In this document: in pieces, positions 22,911 through 35,620 of the stretch
Layout of the letters: each line of letters begins with the position of its first letter
Position numbering within the stretch: position 1 is the stretch's first letter
DNA from: Selaginella moellendorffii
Taxonomy: Eukaryota; Plantae; Lycopodiophyta
NCBI RefSeq assembly: GCF_000143415.4
Contig: NW_003314309.1
Location: forward strand, 766,936 to 830,935
Length of the DNA: 64,000 nt
Reading direction: 5' to 3'
Position numbers and translations under genes: made by a program
The notes under the pieces: model-generated
What the model saw: the letters and a program-made list of their open reading frames with translations, nothing else
Told to the model about the DNA's origin: nothing
Database searches by the model: none

Positions 22911-24461
22911 ATGGCGGGATCCAGGCTCCAGGGATCACAAGTCTCCTCCAGCTCCTCCGCATTCTCGACGCCGCGGATTCTCATCCTCCTCACGCTGATG
23001 CCCCTGGGATTGGCTGCCTTCGCGTTCGTACTGCAATGGCGGGGCGAGGTCACGGATCCGATGCGCCTGGGCGTCGATCGCTCCAGATTTCCAGGGTTTC
23101 CAGGGAGCTCCCCGATTGGGAGCACTAGTGGCGTCGACTGTGGTGGGCAGCAGCGAGGGCTCAGCGCTTTCATCCATCATCCGGGGTGGAAGTACGCGAT
23201 CCCAGAGAATGGAAAGCCAAAGATTTGCGTGACAACCAGCACGGCCGGGGGTTTAGAACAGATCCTTCCATGGCTCTACTATCACAGGGTGATCGGTGTC
23301 ACGAATTTTCTCCTCTTCGTGGAGGGGAAGGCTGCGACTCAAAACGTTACCGCGGTCCTGGAGAGCATCCCTGGCGTGAGGGTGGTGTATAGAACCAAGG
23401 AGCTGGAAGAACAGCAGGCCAGGAGTAGGATCTGGAACGAGACTTGGCTCTCGAGCTTTTTCTTCCGACCTTGCAACTACGAGCTCTTCGTCCGGCAGTC
23501 TCTCAACATGGAGATGGCGATCGTCATGGCCCGCGAGGCCGAGATGGACTGGATCATCCATCTCGACACGGACGAGCTCCTCTACCCGGCAGGATCGCCC
23601 GAGTACTCCCTCCGGAAGCTCCTGGGCGACGTTGCTCCGGAGGTGGACATGGTGATCTTCCCGAACTACGAGAGCGCCATCGAGCGAGACGACGTGGTGG
23701 ATCCTTTCAGCGAGGTGACCATGTTCAAGAAGAACTACGATCACGTCACCAAGGAGACGTACTTCGGGCTCTACCGAGAAGCGACGCGGGGGAATCCAAA
23801 CTACTTCCTCACGTATGGAAACGGCAAGGCCGCGGCCAGGATCCAAGACCATCTTCGTCCAAACGGAGCTCACCGGTGGCACAACTATCTCAAGGCGCCG
23901 AAGGAGCTCAAGTTCGAGGAGGCGGCTGTTCTTCACTACACGTACTCCAAGTTCTCGGACCTCACCTCCCGGCGCGATCGATGCGGGTGCAAGCCCACCA
24001 AGGACGACGTGAAGCGCTGCTTCATGCTCGAGTTCGATCGAGCAGCGTTCATCATCGCGTCCACGGCGACGCGGGAGGAGATGCTGCGGTGGTACCGCGA
24101 GCACGTCGTGTGGACGGACCGGGAGCTCAATCTCAAGCTCCTCCGGAAGGGACTGCTCACTCGGATCTACGCTCCGCAGCTCATCGTCCAGGGGCTGCGG
24201 CAGTCGGGGGTGCTCAACAACGCTCTAGCGGCGGGACAAGAACAGCTCGAGAGATTGAAGACGAGGGATAAGTTCCTCTCGGCGGTTTCCACCAGGAACT
24301 CTTCCTCCTCGGAGCTGGGATCAAAAGACAGCAAAGATGATCATCGCTTGGCCTCCTCGTCGAGGAGGCTCATGGATTTATCGAGCTTGAGTTCTTCGGC
24401 GATGGTGGTGGAGGATGATCCATTCGCAGCAGTGCCACCATTGCCACCTCCGGTACTTTAA
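22911..24461 (+). CDS. KOB1: KOBITO1/ELD1/ABI8 glycosyltransferase-like protein, intronless
   Basis: N-terminal TM; [10 protein letters not shown] (DxD), [42 protein letters not shown] motifs. Confidence 0.92.
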   Translation: MAGSRLQGSQVSSSSSAFSTPRILILLTLMPLGLAAFAFVLQWRGEVTDPMRLGVDRSRFPGFPGSSPIGSTSGVDCGGQQRGLSAFIHHPGWKYAIPENGKPKICVTTSTAGGLEQILPWLYYHRVIGVTNFLLFVEGKAATQNVTAVLESIPGVRVVYRTKELEEQQARSRIWNETWLSSFFFRPCNYELFVRQSLNMEMAIVMAREAEMDWIIHLDTDELLYPAGSPEYSLRKLLGDVAPEVDMVIFPNYESAIERDDVVDPFSEVTMFKKNYDHVTKETYFGLYREATRGNPNYFLTYGNGKAAARIQDHLRPNGAHRWHNYLKAPKELKFEEAAVLHYTYSKFSDLTSRRDRCGCKPTKDDVKRCFMLEFDRAAFIIASTATREEMLRWYREHVVWTDRELNLKLLRKGLLTRIYAPQLIVQGLRQSGVLNNALAAGQEQLERLKTRDKFLSAVSTRNSSSSELGSKDSKDDHRLASSSRRLMDLSSLSSSAMVVEDDPFAAVPPLPPPVL

Positions 24462-24736
24462 GTTCGATCGATCGATAAGTTTACTCACACTCGCAAACAC
24501 TTACTTGTGCTTGTGAATTTTACTAGAGATGAACAAAGAAGAACACGCTGCTACTTTTTTTTCCAGATCTCTCGATTCTTACAAGTGATCGTCGATCAAT
24601 GAAGTTTGTACTTTGATTGTTTTTTTTTTTGCTTTACAACCATAGCTCGAGATGGGCTGCTCGAAAGAATTGAAGGAATGAAAGAACGATGGAATGGGTT
24701 TCTTTCTTGCAAGAAACCTGGAGTGTTACTATGGAT

Positions 24737-25141
24737 CTATCGAAACCCCCGGAGCAAGAGAGCGGCCTTTCGATCGTCTGTGGATCTGAGCTCGAAGCTG
24801 CTGCTCCTGGAGATGGGCGGAGGGTGGGAAGAGCAAGAAGAGAGCGGCGACGCTGGCGGCGAGAGTGGGAGCGAGAGGCTCCTGGAGAGAATCCCTGGCG
24901 GCGGCTGGAAGAAAGAAGTGATGTCTTGGAGAGGGAATCGAGGGATCGGATCTGCCGATTCTTGCCACCAATGCGCCATCGCCGCGCCCGCGGTTCTTAC
25001 GCCGGCATTGGAGGACGCCGCTGCCTCCGCCGCGTTCTCACCCTGGCCGCCATCGTCCGTGTGGAAGACCTCGCCCTCGCCGAGCTCACCATCGCCGCCA
25101 GGGATCGATCCGGAAGAGGAGGGCAGCATTGCCATGGCCAT
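24737..25141 (-). CDS. Small disordered protein resembling UVI4/OSD1-type APC/C inhibitors
   Basis: GQGEN (GxEN-like), PRFPLQDIT (D-box) and C-terminal LLRGFR*; 134 aa; single exon. Confidence 0.55.
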   Translation of the reverse strand: MAMAMLPSSSGSIPGGDGELGEGEVFHTDDGGQGENAAEAAASSNAGVRTAGAAMAHWWQESADPIPRFPLQDITSFFQPPPGILSRSLSLPLSPPASPLSSCSSHPPPISRSSSFELRSTDDRKAALLLRGFR

Positions 25142-25567
25142 TGCGGATTCCTCGAGCGATCGAGCCTGAAAATCCCTAAACCAAGATCTGGCGCGCGCGC
25201 GCGATCGATCCACAAACGCGGGCCTTCGAAATGTGCCCCCCTCGCGAAATAAATCTGGCAAAACATAGCGCCAAGAGTTCAAAATTTTCGCGATCGATGG
25301 CGGCGATGGACGGCCAAGATTGGCGGGATTTTGAATTTGGAATCCCACTCATTATGCGATTAGGGCTGACCAGGCCTGGTTTAAAAGCCAATTTTTTCCC
25401 TCCCATTTTTTGGGGGGCTAGGGTTTTCCAGGGATTTTGGAGCGCGGAGAGCACTTGCGCGCCAAGAGATCCAAGTCGCCATCAAGAAAAGGTGTGTGTG
25501 GCTCCTCTCGCGGCCTCTCAATCGCCGCGTAGATCTGCTAGGCTTCATCGGGATCTAGATCTCTGCG

Positions 25568-26705
25568 ATGGCGCGGCTTCGCAAGGCGACCGATTCCTGG
25601 TGTGAGCCCTTGCTAGAGGCCGACCAGTGCCCCTGCGAGCGCCTGCCAGATGTGGTCCTCTGCCGCATTTTCATGCTCTTGCCGCCTCGATTGGTCGCCA
25701 GGGTGTGCTCCTTCGTCTGCCGCTCCTGGCGAGATGTGTCACTGGATCCCTCTCTCTGGTCTTACTACTGCCAGAACACCGGGCTTCGCTCAGCTGACGA
25801 GATCAAGCTGAGTGGCGGCTGGAGAGCACTTTTCATCGCGGTCTTTGGTCCCAATCTCGTTGGAAGCCCCTGTTTCAGACCCATCGAGCAGCTAGAGGTG
25901 GATCAAGCCAAGAGCAAAGCTCCCGGGCCTTGGGAGCCTAAGCACAGGGTCATACTGGATAGGATCGCGGTTCTCGACGACGTAGAAGAGAACTACCATA
26001 GCTACTCTCACTGGGGGGTGGAGGCTGGGTCGCAGTTCCATCGAGGTGGTGGCGATGGCGTGGTACGAGAGAATCCTCCAGTGGACTGCTCTCCTTGCCC
26101 GTCGGTTCCACTCGAGAGTGTGATCGCTACTTCGCATGATTGGGGACGACTCCAGCACTACATTGGCTTCCAGACTTTTTCCAACAAGTTCCTCGATCAG
26201 AGCCCGCCGTTTGTTCTCACTGCCTGGTTTGCGGCGCGGAGAGGATCGCCGGGGCTTTTCAGGATCAACTTGCTGCTCAGGGATGATCTCAAGAACTGCA
26301 AGAGTGTCTGGTATGTAGATGTTTTGTTTGCGAGTTTTATCTGACTTTTTCCTTGCTGGTTTCAGGGACTCTGGGATTTTAAATGCGAAGGATGAGTGGC
26401 AACAAGCCAAGTTCATTATCAAGGACTACAACAAGGTTAGAACTTTAGCATTTGGTTCTCCCAAATTCATTTTTACTTGGGAGCAGGGAGTGAGGTCCGT
26501 TATGGTGAAGCTTGCTGGGAAGTGCACGACCGGGGAACGGGGTTTCTACGGCACAAAATTTACGGACGTGAGGCTGCATTTTATCCCGGTTTGTGAGGTG
26601 CGTAGTGGCTTTCCTTATCGTCTTCTCAAACGTTTTCTTTTGCTTTTCTAGATTAAAAACTATGCGGACTTTGACGAGGGTGTATTCTTAGATACTGTTG
26701 CATAA
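25568..26705 (+). CDS. F-box protein with FBA (Fbs1/FBXO6-type) domain (exons 25568-26310, 26366-26435, 26487-26597, 26652-26705)
   Basis: LPDVVLCRIF..VCRSWR F-box; NLVGSPCF, IATSHDWG, WFAAR, DYNKGVRSV...GFYGTKF resemble the FBA domain; in-frame splice junctions. Confidence 0.75.
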
Positions 26706-27224
26706 ATTTGCAACTTGCTACGGTCTGTTCGGCCAGGTTTCTTATTCATCCCCTTTCTTCTGTTTGTAATTGAAAAGGACACTGCAGATTATTTCTTGAC
26801 GTTGCTTCTTAGCTCAGGTTCCTGCACTCGTATCAGGCCTGCTGCCAAAATTCTATGGCAGTACTGCTTTTCGCGGAGTGCCAGAGCATGCTTTTGCTTT
26901 TTTGTGTACCGTTTCGGTGCTTGATGCTCTTTCTCGCCAGCACTGACTGTTACAAAAGCTACAGTGGATTTCTATTCGGTACATTATCAAGTAGAGGGGT
27001 TCTTACATTGAAAAGTTTTGCTTCAGCATACGGTATTTACAGATTTCTTCGTGGTTTAAGCCTTTCCACAGCACAGAAAACTTGGACATCGAAGAAACTA
27101 AGCAAAGACAGCGAATTTTACCAGTAAGCATCTAAGCTTGTCCTCACGTCTAACTTGTTGTGAAGCAGGACTTTCTCTCCATCTCCTCAGAAGCCTCATC
27201 GCCTTCTAAACGGCAAAGCTTTCT

Positions 27225-28013
27225 TCATCGTCTTCTAAACGGCCAAGGAAAAACTCTGGAAGAACCTCTTGAAGACGACGACGATGGCGATGGCGCTGCC
27301 GAGGGGACCGGATTCCTCCCAACGTCATACCGGCAAACCGGGCACGTCCCATGGAGAGCCAGCCAGGGAAGTATACAGTCCTGGTGATAGACGTGCTTGC
27401 AAGGCATCTGTCTAACTTTGTTTCCCACAGCGTAGTCATCCTTGCAAACCGCGCAGCTCGAGAACTCGTCGTTGCGAAGATGATCTTTGGAGATCGTGAT
27501 GGTCGGCATCGAGTCGATCTGCTGCCTGCTTGCCGGAGGAGCTCCGCCGCCGCCAGCGTCGAGCTCCATGAGCTGCTGTATCAGCCGCTCGAGTCCCATG
27601 CCGTCGGGTCCAAACCCAGGGGAAGGATCGCCGCCGTGGAAGTACCACCGTGGTGGCATATCCCCCCCGCGGAAGACCACCATGCCGCCACCACCGCCAC
27701 CGCCGCCACCGCCGCCGCCGCCGCCCCCGCGAGATGGGAAGAATGGCGAGTCGTCTATCTCGAGATCTTCCACCATGAAGTGCTGGAAGGGATGGAAGGG
27801 GCGCGGCCGCGGCGAGTTCCTCCTCATGGCCGATGCTACTGCGTCAAAGATATCGAGGAGGTGTGGAGGATTTGCCTCTGGAGACCATCTTGGAGCTGGA
27901 GCTTGCTCGAGGAAGCCATCGCCGCAGCAGGGGCAAGCTAGAGCAGTGCTTGGGGACTGGACGAAGACGATGTGCTCGCATTTGTGACACCAGAAGGAGC
28001 GAGATTCGTCCAT
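27225..28013 (-). CDS. RING-H2 E3 ubiquitin ligase with N-terminal zinc ribbon (BTL/Rabring7 type)
   Basis: FWCHKC...CPCCGDGFLE zinc ribbon; poly-Gly; GAPPAS; CAVCKD...MPCKHVYHQDCILPWL...CPVCR. Confidence 0.93.
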   Translation of the reverse strand: MDESRSFWCHKCEHIVFVQSPSTALACPCCGDGFLEQAPAPRWSPEANPPHLLDIFDAVASAMRRNSPRPRPFHPFQHFMVEDLEIDDSPFFPSRGGGGGGGGGGGGGGGMVVFRGGDMPPRWYFHGGDPSPGFGPDGMGLERLIQQLMELDAGGGGAPPASRQQIDSMPTITISKDHLRNDEFSSCAVCKDDYAVGNKVRQMPCKHVYHQDCILPWLALHGTCPVCRYDVGRNPVPSAAPSPSSSSSRGSSRVFPWPFRRR

Positions 28014-28656
28014 GGAAGCTTGCTTTCTAGCACTGCTCTTGTGAGAATTCTTCTAGAGCTTGGAGTACCTGAATGTAAGAGAGAATTTGGAGCAGCAACT
28101 TGGAGTAAATAATCCAGCACTGGATCGAAACGTTGTTACCTGAGAAATAGGAGATACCCTGGGCGTGTCGGTTTGAGCATAGCTCTAGCCGTGGGGGACG
28201 CGTATGGCGTGTCTGCCTAGAAGGCACTCGTCAAACAAAGAAAAAGTTATAATAAGAACAACCCACCAAAAGGAAGGAGAAAATTATCAAGCACGAGAGA
28301 GGACGAATGCGCACCTCGAAGTTCCTGTAGCGAGGGAGACGAAAGAAGAAAAAGATAAAAGCTCGCCTGGCATCGCCATTGTCGGTCCCATTGATGAGTC
28401 AGAGCTAGCGTAATCGGATTAGCAAAATCAATCCTAGCTACAAGAGAGGAGAAAAATCAAGGAAAAATCAAGAACTTATCTATACGTACAATGTTGTACA
28501 CGAAAACACTGACCAAAACAGTGATCAATCTCTGCAACTTGTAAGTGCCCGTGAGCTCCAGAAGGAAAAAAAAAAAAAAAAAGTCTCCTCTGAAAACTCG
28601 CGAGAGCTTACTTCTGGGAAGAGACGCCGGTGTTTTTGAGAAGCTCCCATCCAGCG

Positions 28657-29892
28657 TCAGGGAAGATCTTCCGGCAGTGGCACCATCTGGGCTCCGTATA
28701 CCTCCATGGTCGATGGATTCTGGAGGAAAACCACTGCTCCACACTTGGTCCGGTTGAAAGTGTCCCAGAGCGGAAGCTTGAAGTGTTCCCGGACAGTCTT
28801 CCGGGCGGGCCAGTCGTGTAGAGTCGCTGCTTTGGCAATGCTTCTCACCACGAAGTCGTTTGTGAGGATCCGGCCCTTGTTCTCGCCCTTTTGGCAGTTG
28901 GTCACCAGGCCATTCTCGTAGAGCGCCACCATTATGTCTAGCGTGAACTTGTCAACCTTGAACTTGATGATGGCTTCCATTGTCGTGTCTAAGACGCGCT
29001 CTGGCTCGGTTTCGAGCTTGAAGGAGATCTGCAAGAGGAAGTTCTTGAAACTATAAGCGAGAAAAAACTAAAACTTGCTGGAAGTTTGAATCATGCGGGA
29101 GAAATTCTCGGATCTAGACGACAAGAATCTGTTTGGTTCAACCAAAGACAGGACCAGCGGGAGAAATTCCTGGCAATGAAAGTCACATCCTCACAGACCT
29201 TCACAGAACACGACGAAGTCACAAGAAAACACGCAATGAAACCAGGAGAGAAAGCAGCAAATTCTCGTGGATCGAGCAAGATCACATGGACGACAAACAC
29301 GAAAAGCACGAAAAGGACCAAAAAAAAAAAGACGAGGAAGAGAGAAACTTACAGTGATGTCTGGCGCAGCAAATCTGGGAGCTTGATGGATGAGCGCTAG
29401 AATGGGCTCCAAGCTGGAAGCAATGCAGTGGGATCGCCCTTGGACAACCACCTCTGGAGTGTAAATGCTGTCCTGCTGGAGAGCCTGCCCATAATTCCTC
29501 TGCCGTAGCGTCCAAGTGCTGTTAGCGAATGGATCCTTCCATCCCATAAAGTCCCAGTACTCGACGTGAAAGCCAAGGACAACGATGGGCACCTCCAGCG
29601 CCACATCCGAGGATTTGGCTTGCCCAAGCTGCGAGATCAAGAGATCTGCCGGAGGACACGAACTACAGCCCTGGGATGTGAAGAGTTCCACCAGCACGGC
29701 GCTCTGGGAGGATCCTCCCCCTACCTTGGGGCCACGCGGCGCAGAGGATTTCTTGCTCTCCGGATCCAGCTGCTGCGGCTCCTCCTCATCTAGCTCCTCG
29801 ATTTCCTTGGCGTCGGGATTGCTGTCTACCTTTGGGGATCTGTCGCAGGAAGCTCCGGCCCTAGAGAAGCACGCGATGCAGCGGCGAAGCAT
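28657..29892 (-). CDS. DUF1223 thioredoxin-like fold protein (exons 29892-29353, 29028-28657)
   Basis: VLVELFTSQGCSSCPPAD, FHVEYWDFMGWKDPF, YTPEVVVQG, GENKGRILTNDFVVR. Confidence 0.9.
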
Positions 29893-31774
29893 GATCTAGA
29901 TCTTGCGCTCCACGGCGGCGGAGCTGAGCACGGGGGAATTCCACAAAGATCGATTGGAGACTGCCGCATTCCAGTGGTGGAGAATCCCTCGCTGCCCCCC
30001 CGAATATATTTTAGGGTTCTTGGCGCGCGAGGATTTTGGTGTCGAGAGGGGAGAAATGGAAGGAACCGCACGGAGCACGTCATGACGTGTGTCCTGAACG
30101 TCACACCCGTCAAATTTTAAGAGCATATTTTAGAATATTTTTTAATTAAAGCAACGAAAACAGCTTAAAGTCCATGACCTCGTCACACGAATCCCCTCCT
30201 CTGTTCTGGGAAAGGAACTCCCAATAAAATTCGCGAGCAAGTCCATGGATTAGATTTGTCTATTTCATTCATTCAATCTGTTCCCACTAAGGAGTTCTTG
30301 ATGGATTGAGCCCCAATCTCGTGGTCTGATCAAAGCTTTTTGCCAGCAGGTAGATTACTTGAACGAACAGCTCTAGATTACAACTTGAGGAGCAAACTAG
30401 TCGAAAAATGTCAACAATTTCAAACCAAAAGTATATAACACATTGTTCCAGTAGAGAGTTGTGCCAACCATTTATATGCATTCCCCCTCTTTTTTGAATG
30501 AAATATCACCTTTATACTAAAGTTACTATTTTGTAAATCCCATGTTACCACTTTGATTTTTAGGTTATTCCATTGTGGCTTTCTTTTTGCAACTTTTGTC
30601 TAAATCTCTGTCGAGCTTTGTGAACTCTTCTAAGATGAGTAGTGCCATATCCCCATTGCAGATGAGAGTGTTTAGTGAATTGATTTTGTCAACAAATTAG
30701 CAATAGCCCAACTAACTTTCCAGCCTCTGAATGAAGTAAGTATTATTGATAAAATTTTGTCATAATCTTCTCAATCAAACACAAAAGACTTATTTATTTC
30801 AATAATCCTATTATAACTCCTTTGGTATTACAAATCCAATTCTCCCATAGTGTTTGAATGTAAATTGTTGGTAGAATATAAGCTTTTATTTAATATATTT
30901 TTGTGCAAACTAATAAAGGAGGAGGAAAGAAAAATTAACTTAAAATATTTTAATTAGTTTACCATAAAATATAAGTGCTATCTACAAGTATAAAATAAAA
31001 TTTAAATCAATCACTTATGCTTTTTAATTTAAAAAAAGCTAATAAACATACTATATTTCTCATACTTAAAGTTTTTATTTCAGATGAAATAATTATTTTT
31101 AATTTTTTAATTATAGTAAGAGTTATTCAGTTTGTCTTCTATATACTAAATAGAACACTAGATTTTTAGAGATGACTATTATTTGTGAAGAGTAGAATAT
31201 CATCTCTAAGTTTTTATACTAGCATAAATTTTCACCAAACTATCTTTTACTCTACTTTATATATGCAAGCCTTTTGTTGTCAGTTATATATTTTTTTTTC
31301 TGTGAATATTATCAAACTAGAAAATGGGCAATTGCTTGATGAGAAAGCCCTAACCACAAATCATAGTTAAAATGAAATACAAGACAAATGGGAGTTACAA
31401 TAATAAAATTCATTTCCACTCTAAATTCACTCCATTAATTCACAACATAAACATTTTATAGCCACTCTATTAATCCACTTGATATCACTTCACTTTAACA
31501 TCCACTTTAGCAACCACTATATACATTACTCCACTTCTTGTACTTTAGTTTGATGACCATAGGATAGGCATCAATTATTAAAACTACAAAACACTAACCA
31601 TATCTGCCACATCACTATTGCCATTTAACATGTCAAGCTTTTAGTATTTAGTTAGGGTTTACAATTGGTGAGACTCCAGAAAAAAGACTATTACAAGATA
31701 AGAGTGTACATAGCCACACATGAGAATGAAAATGTGCTAAGAGATAAAAGATAGGCAATTTCACCATTAAAATT

Positions 31775-32190
31775 GGTGTGGATTGAAGTAAATTTTATTG
31801 CAACATAAGAACATCATAATACAAAGTCTTAGCTATAGAAGAATAATTGTTATGTTAACTTATATCTAACTAAGAGAGTTATCCCAAGGTGTCTCAAATT
31901 GATAATATAAAAAACCCATTGCATTATGGTGCATTGATACTAATAGTAATTGATGTGGATTGAAGAAGATGGAAATAATTTCCAGAAAATTTTATTATAA
32001 TGTGAGAATATTATAATGTAGAGTCCTATATATACTTTTAGGGAGTTGTAGAAAGTAGGATTTTGGGTTGGCTATAGAAAAATAACTGTTAAATTAACTC
32101 ATATTTACCTAAGAGATTGATTCCATGGTGTCTCAAATTGATAATATCGAAAACCCCATGGCATTATGGTGTATTAATACTAATAGTAAG
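31775..32190. repeat. Diverged tandem duplication (~180-230 bp) in AT-rich TE debris
   Basis: gtggattgaag...ggtgtctcaaattgataatat...gcattatggtg..tactaatagtaa occurs twice. Confidence 0.7.
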
Positions 32191-34552
32191 TGTTTATGTC
32201 TTTCTAATTATTGTTTAACAACTTAGTTTTGTGTAAGATTTTGCATTTGAATTTCTTGAGAGGTCATCTAACCTAGTATTACTTAAACCCAAGGATGTTT
32301 AACCTCAATTATCCTAAAACCCTTAATCAATTGCACTTTTGCTCATAGACCATTTCCTTCTATATTAAAACCTTTACAAATCCTTTCTCGAATCATTTCT
32401 TTTGGTTGCTTACATTTTGATTTTGGATGGCTTAATAGCCTTGGGGTCTATATTTACATGAAATTATTAACAAAAGTATATATATAAACTTACTCTTTTT
32501 ATGTATATGATATTACAAGCCCTTTTAGGAACCCATTATATAATAAGTATGCTTGTGTTAATAAACGAAAAAAGGCTAATAATATATAAGTAATGCTGCT
32601 TAATAGTTTTAAAATACAACTAAACCAAGCAAATGCATGGCAATTGGGTGGGAAAGTTCAGCAAAATCAAGACTTGATATAATCAATGTATAAAAGGGAA
32701 AAAAAAAGTTATATATGGGTCATCCATCCATAACTAAGTGTTTTTTGTAATACATTGTAGTATAATTCTCTTTTACTAAAGAATTAAGCACTTTTAGAGG
32801 ATATGGTACAAAGTCATATGGTATTTCAATACCATATTAACTCATCAATATATGCAATGAGTGGCAAGTGTATAGATTGAACAAGGTTATTTTTATAAGC
32901 TTTTTGCAATGACTTGGAAGAGCATATAAAGGCCTGAAATATATATATTGTGCAGATCATCACTAAAAAATATATATGTTTTAGTATAAATGTTCTAGCA
33001 TGAATATTTTAACTGAAGGAATGCAAGAAGAGGTATATAAACATATATTCAATAGTTTTTAAAATTGAGTTTATGTTGCAGTGCAACGGCACTACTCACC
33101 AACAAAGACATTGTAGAAATAATACACAAACTTTATCACAACCCCACTCCACATAACTTTTCAAGGTTTTCATCTTGCATAGAGTGCAATAAGTGTGATT
33201 GCCAACTAGTGTTTGTTTCCAGCCATTGTTGAAACTACAAGATACAACCTACAGAACATATATGCTATTAGAATTTTATACCTTACACCTTATGCCAATT
33301 GGCTAAAGAGGTGATCACTTGCTCTTTTTTATCTTATTATCTTTAGTGCTTAACATATATCACATTTAGAATTTGATAAAAAAAAACTGATGTATCATGC
33401 AATCATGACAGAGTTGTCTTAAATATATTGTGTTACTATTCTACTTAAAGAGTACTCAAGAGGCAATTAGTCCATTTACCAAAGCCTTGACAAAGCATAG
33501 ACAAACTTGTTTGTTCTTGCTTGAAGCTATATAATAATCCAAAAGTTATTGTATTCATAAAAAGCTTGTATATAAATTCATATTTACCACTGAAATCCAT
33601 TCAAAACTATTTAGAATTATTTTCATGACCTACCATTCTTTGCCACCTAAGTCCATTGAAAATTATATGTAAAATCACAACCTTATTTACCACTCAATGA
33701 TTATCATTGTGTTTCATTATGTACTAAAGCTTGTAGTCCAACTAGCTTTATACCTCTTGTCAAATTTAATCACCATATTATATGTAGACACCTTGGGCAA
33801 CTATAGCTCCATGCACACCATAAAAGAAAATTGGAAGTGCTCTAAAGTGACTTAGTGCTAAGAAGCAAGAGCTTGTGGTGAAATGGTGGAGCTTCTAGAG
33901 CTCCTTGGTTATTATTGTGTTAATTGAAAAAACTATCCATTTGTACACAAAAATGAAGATTATTGCCATTGCAAGTCATAAGCTATAAGCCAATATGTGA
34001 TTGTGAATTTGCCCAAAATCCTACTGTAGAAAATTATTTAAAATTTTATCAAGAACTACAAGCTACTACATACTCTCCATCTATTCTGTAATATTGGACA
34101 CATAACATGCTAAAGCCTTTACATAAAGTTGTGGCAATGGACTGCAATTCCATGAATAACACCTCATAAACATTACTTTGAATAGTTTGCTCTAGAGTGT
34201 CTTGGTAGTATGTGACCAGTTCAATCATCTCAAGAATATCCTTGTATGTGCATAAAGTGTCACTTTCCTTTGGATACTTCAGGTTGTCCTACTGATGCTC
34301 AACATCACTCCTATTATGCAAGAAGTCCAACTATGTGGCACATAGAGCTACAGGTCCCTCTCAAAAATCATCCATTAGGCCTCAAGGATATCTTTCTTTG
34401 TGAGGCACTCATTGCAAATGAAATGTAGTATTATAACTGTATAAGGGCAATTAACGTGGATGCTCGATGCAAATATATAAAACATGAGAATGCCAAGAAA
34501 GACTTATGATATAGTTTGATCAAAAGCCATCATTGAGAAAACTAGGTCAAGA

Positions 34553-34639
34553 TATGTCCAAGCTGGTCAACTAGACGAAGCGAAGAAAGTGTTCAATGCA
34601 ATGCCTCGTCGAGACATGACTTCTTGTAATCTTCTTCTA
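34553..34639 (+). pseudogene. Isolated PLS-PPR motif fragment
   Basis: Translates to YVQAGQLDEAKKVFNAMPRRDMTSCNLLL; no flanking ORF. Confidence 0.6.
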
Positions 34640-35049
34640 CCAACTATGGGGTCTCTATTCACCAATTGTTACCACTACTTGTTGAAAGAAACTCAAGAAG
34701 CCTCTTAGAGCCTACTTCCATGCTGCTTGGAGGGCTTGTATTATGGCCTTTAAGCATGGAGTGTAGATTGCTACCAAGCATCATTGGTTATATAAATGTA
34801 AGTTGTGGGAATAAGTTTTCCACCCCTTGGAAACAAGAGGAAAAGCTTATGAATTTTCCTCCATTATACTATTTATAAAAGGTGTTCATTCATTCATATG
34901 AACCACCTTGCACATATGTATTCACTCTATCTATGTTGCAAATTTCCATTAGTCTAAGTATCAGATGCCCTAGTATATTTCACCAAGCCCTTAGTAAGAA
35001 TATGCTCAAAAATCAAATTGTAGGACATGTAATTTTCACCCTTTACCCT

Positions 35050-35620
35050 ACGATGGTAACCAAGGAGTGGAACTTTAACCCTTGGATATGTGGGTCAAGA
35101 GTAGCAGAGTGGAACCCAAGTTCAAGGCCTTTAGCGATTAAACAAAGAGATGGAGCTAAACTCCCAATTATGTAACTAAGGAGTATAAAAAACTAGAGCA
35201 TAGAACAACTCCCGAGTATATAGCCTAATGAGTGAAGGGACAAGAGCACGAAGTGACTCTCAAGCGTATAACCCAAAGAGTGAAAGGATAGAAGTACAGA
35301 GTGACTCCCAAGTGTACAATCCAAGGAGTGAAGGGGTAAGAGTACAAAAAAACATTAAAGTAGTCCTAAAGCTTCTAGCATCCTAGTACTAGGACCAATA
35401 TGTAAAATGGAACTAAATAAAGTTTTGTGTTATTTCATGGCCTAATGCGAGGATATGGATCCTCCAGCTAGTATGGTATGAAGCTTATGCTTAACTAGAA
35501 TACACTTTAAATTGGTTGATTATGCCTAACTTACTTACTATCCCTAATATACATTTAGAATCCCCTATAGCCAGCGCCCCCCCCCCTTCTAGAGGAACTC
35601 ATGCTTTAGGCTTTCACCAC
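35050..35620 (+). mobile_element. Degenerate LTR-like repeat with ~48-bp tandem units (35160-35345)
   Basis: Inverted match to 52180-52680; ends in C-run + atgctttagggctttcacc, like the young LTRs. Confidence 0.55.

Noticed and set aside
523-28013. Ubiquitin-ligase gene cluster (four F-box genes, RING, APC/C inhibitor-like)
   Set aside because: Unrelated subfamilies of very large plant families; the density is explainable by chance
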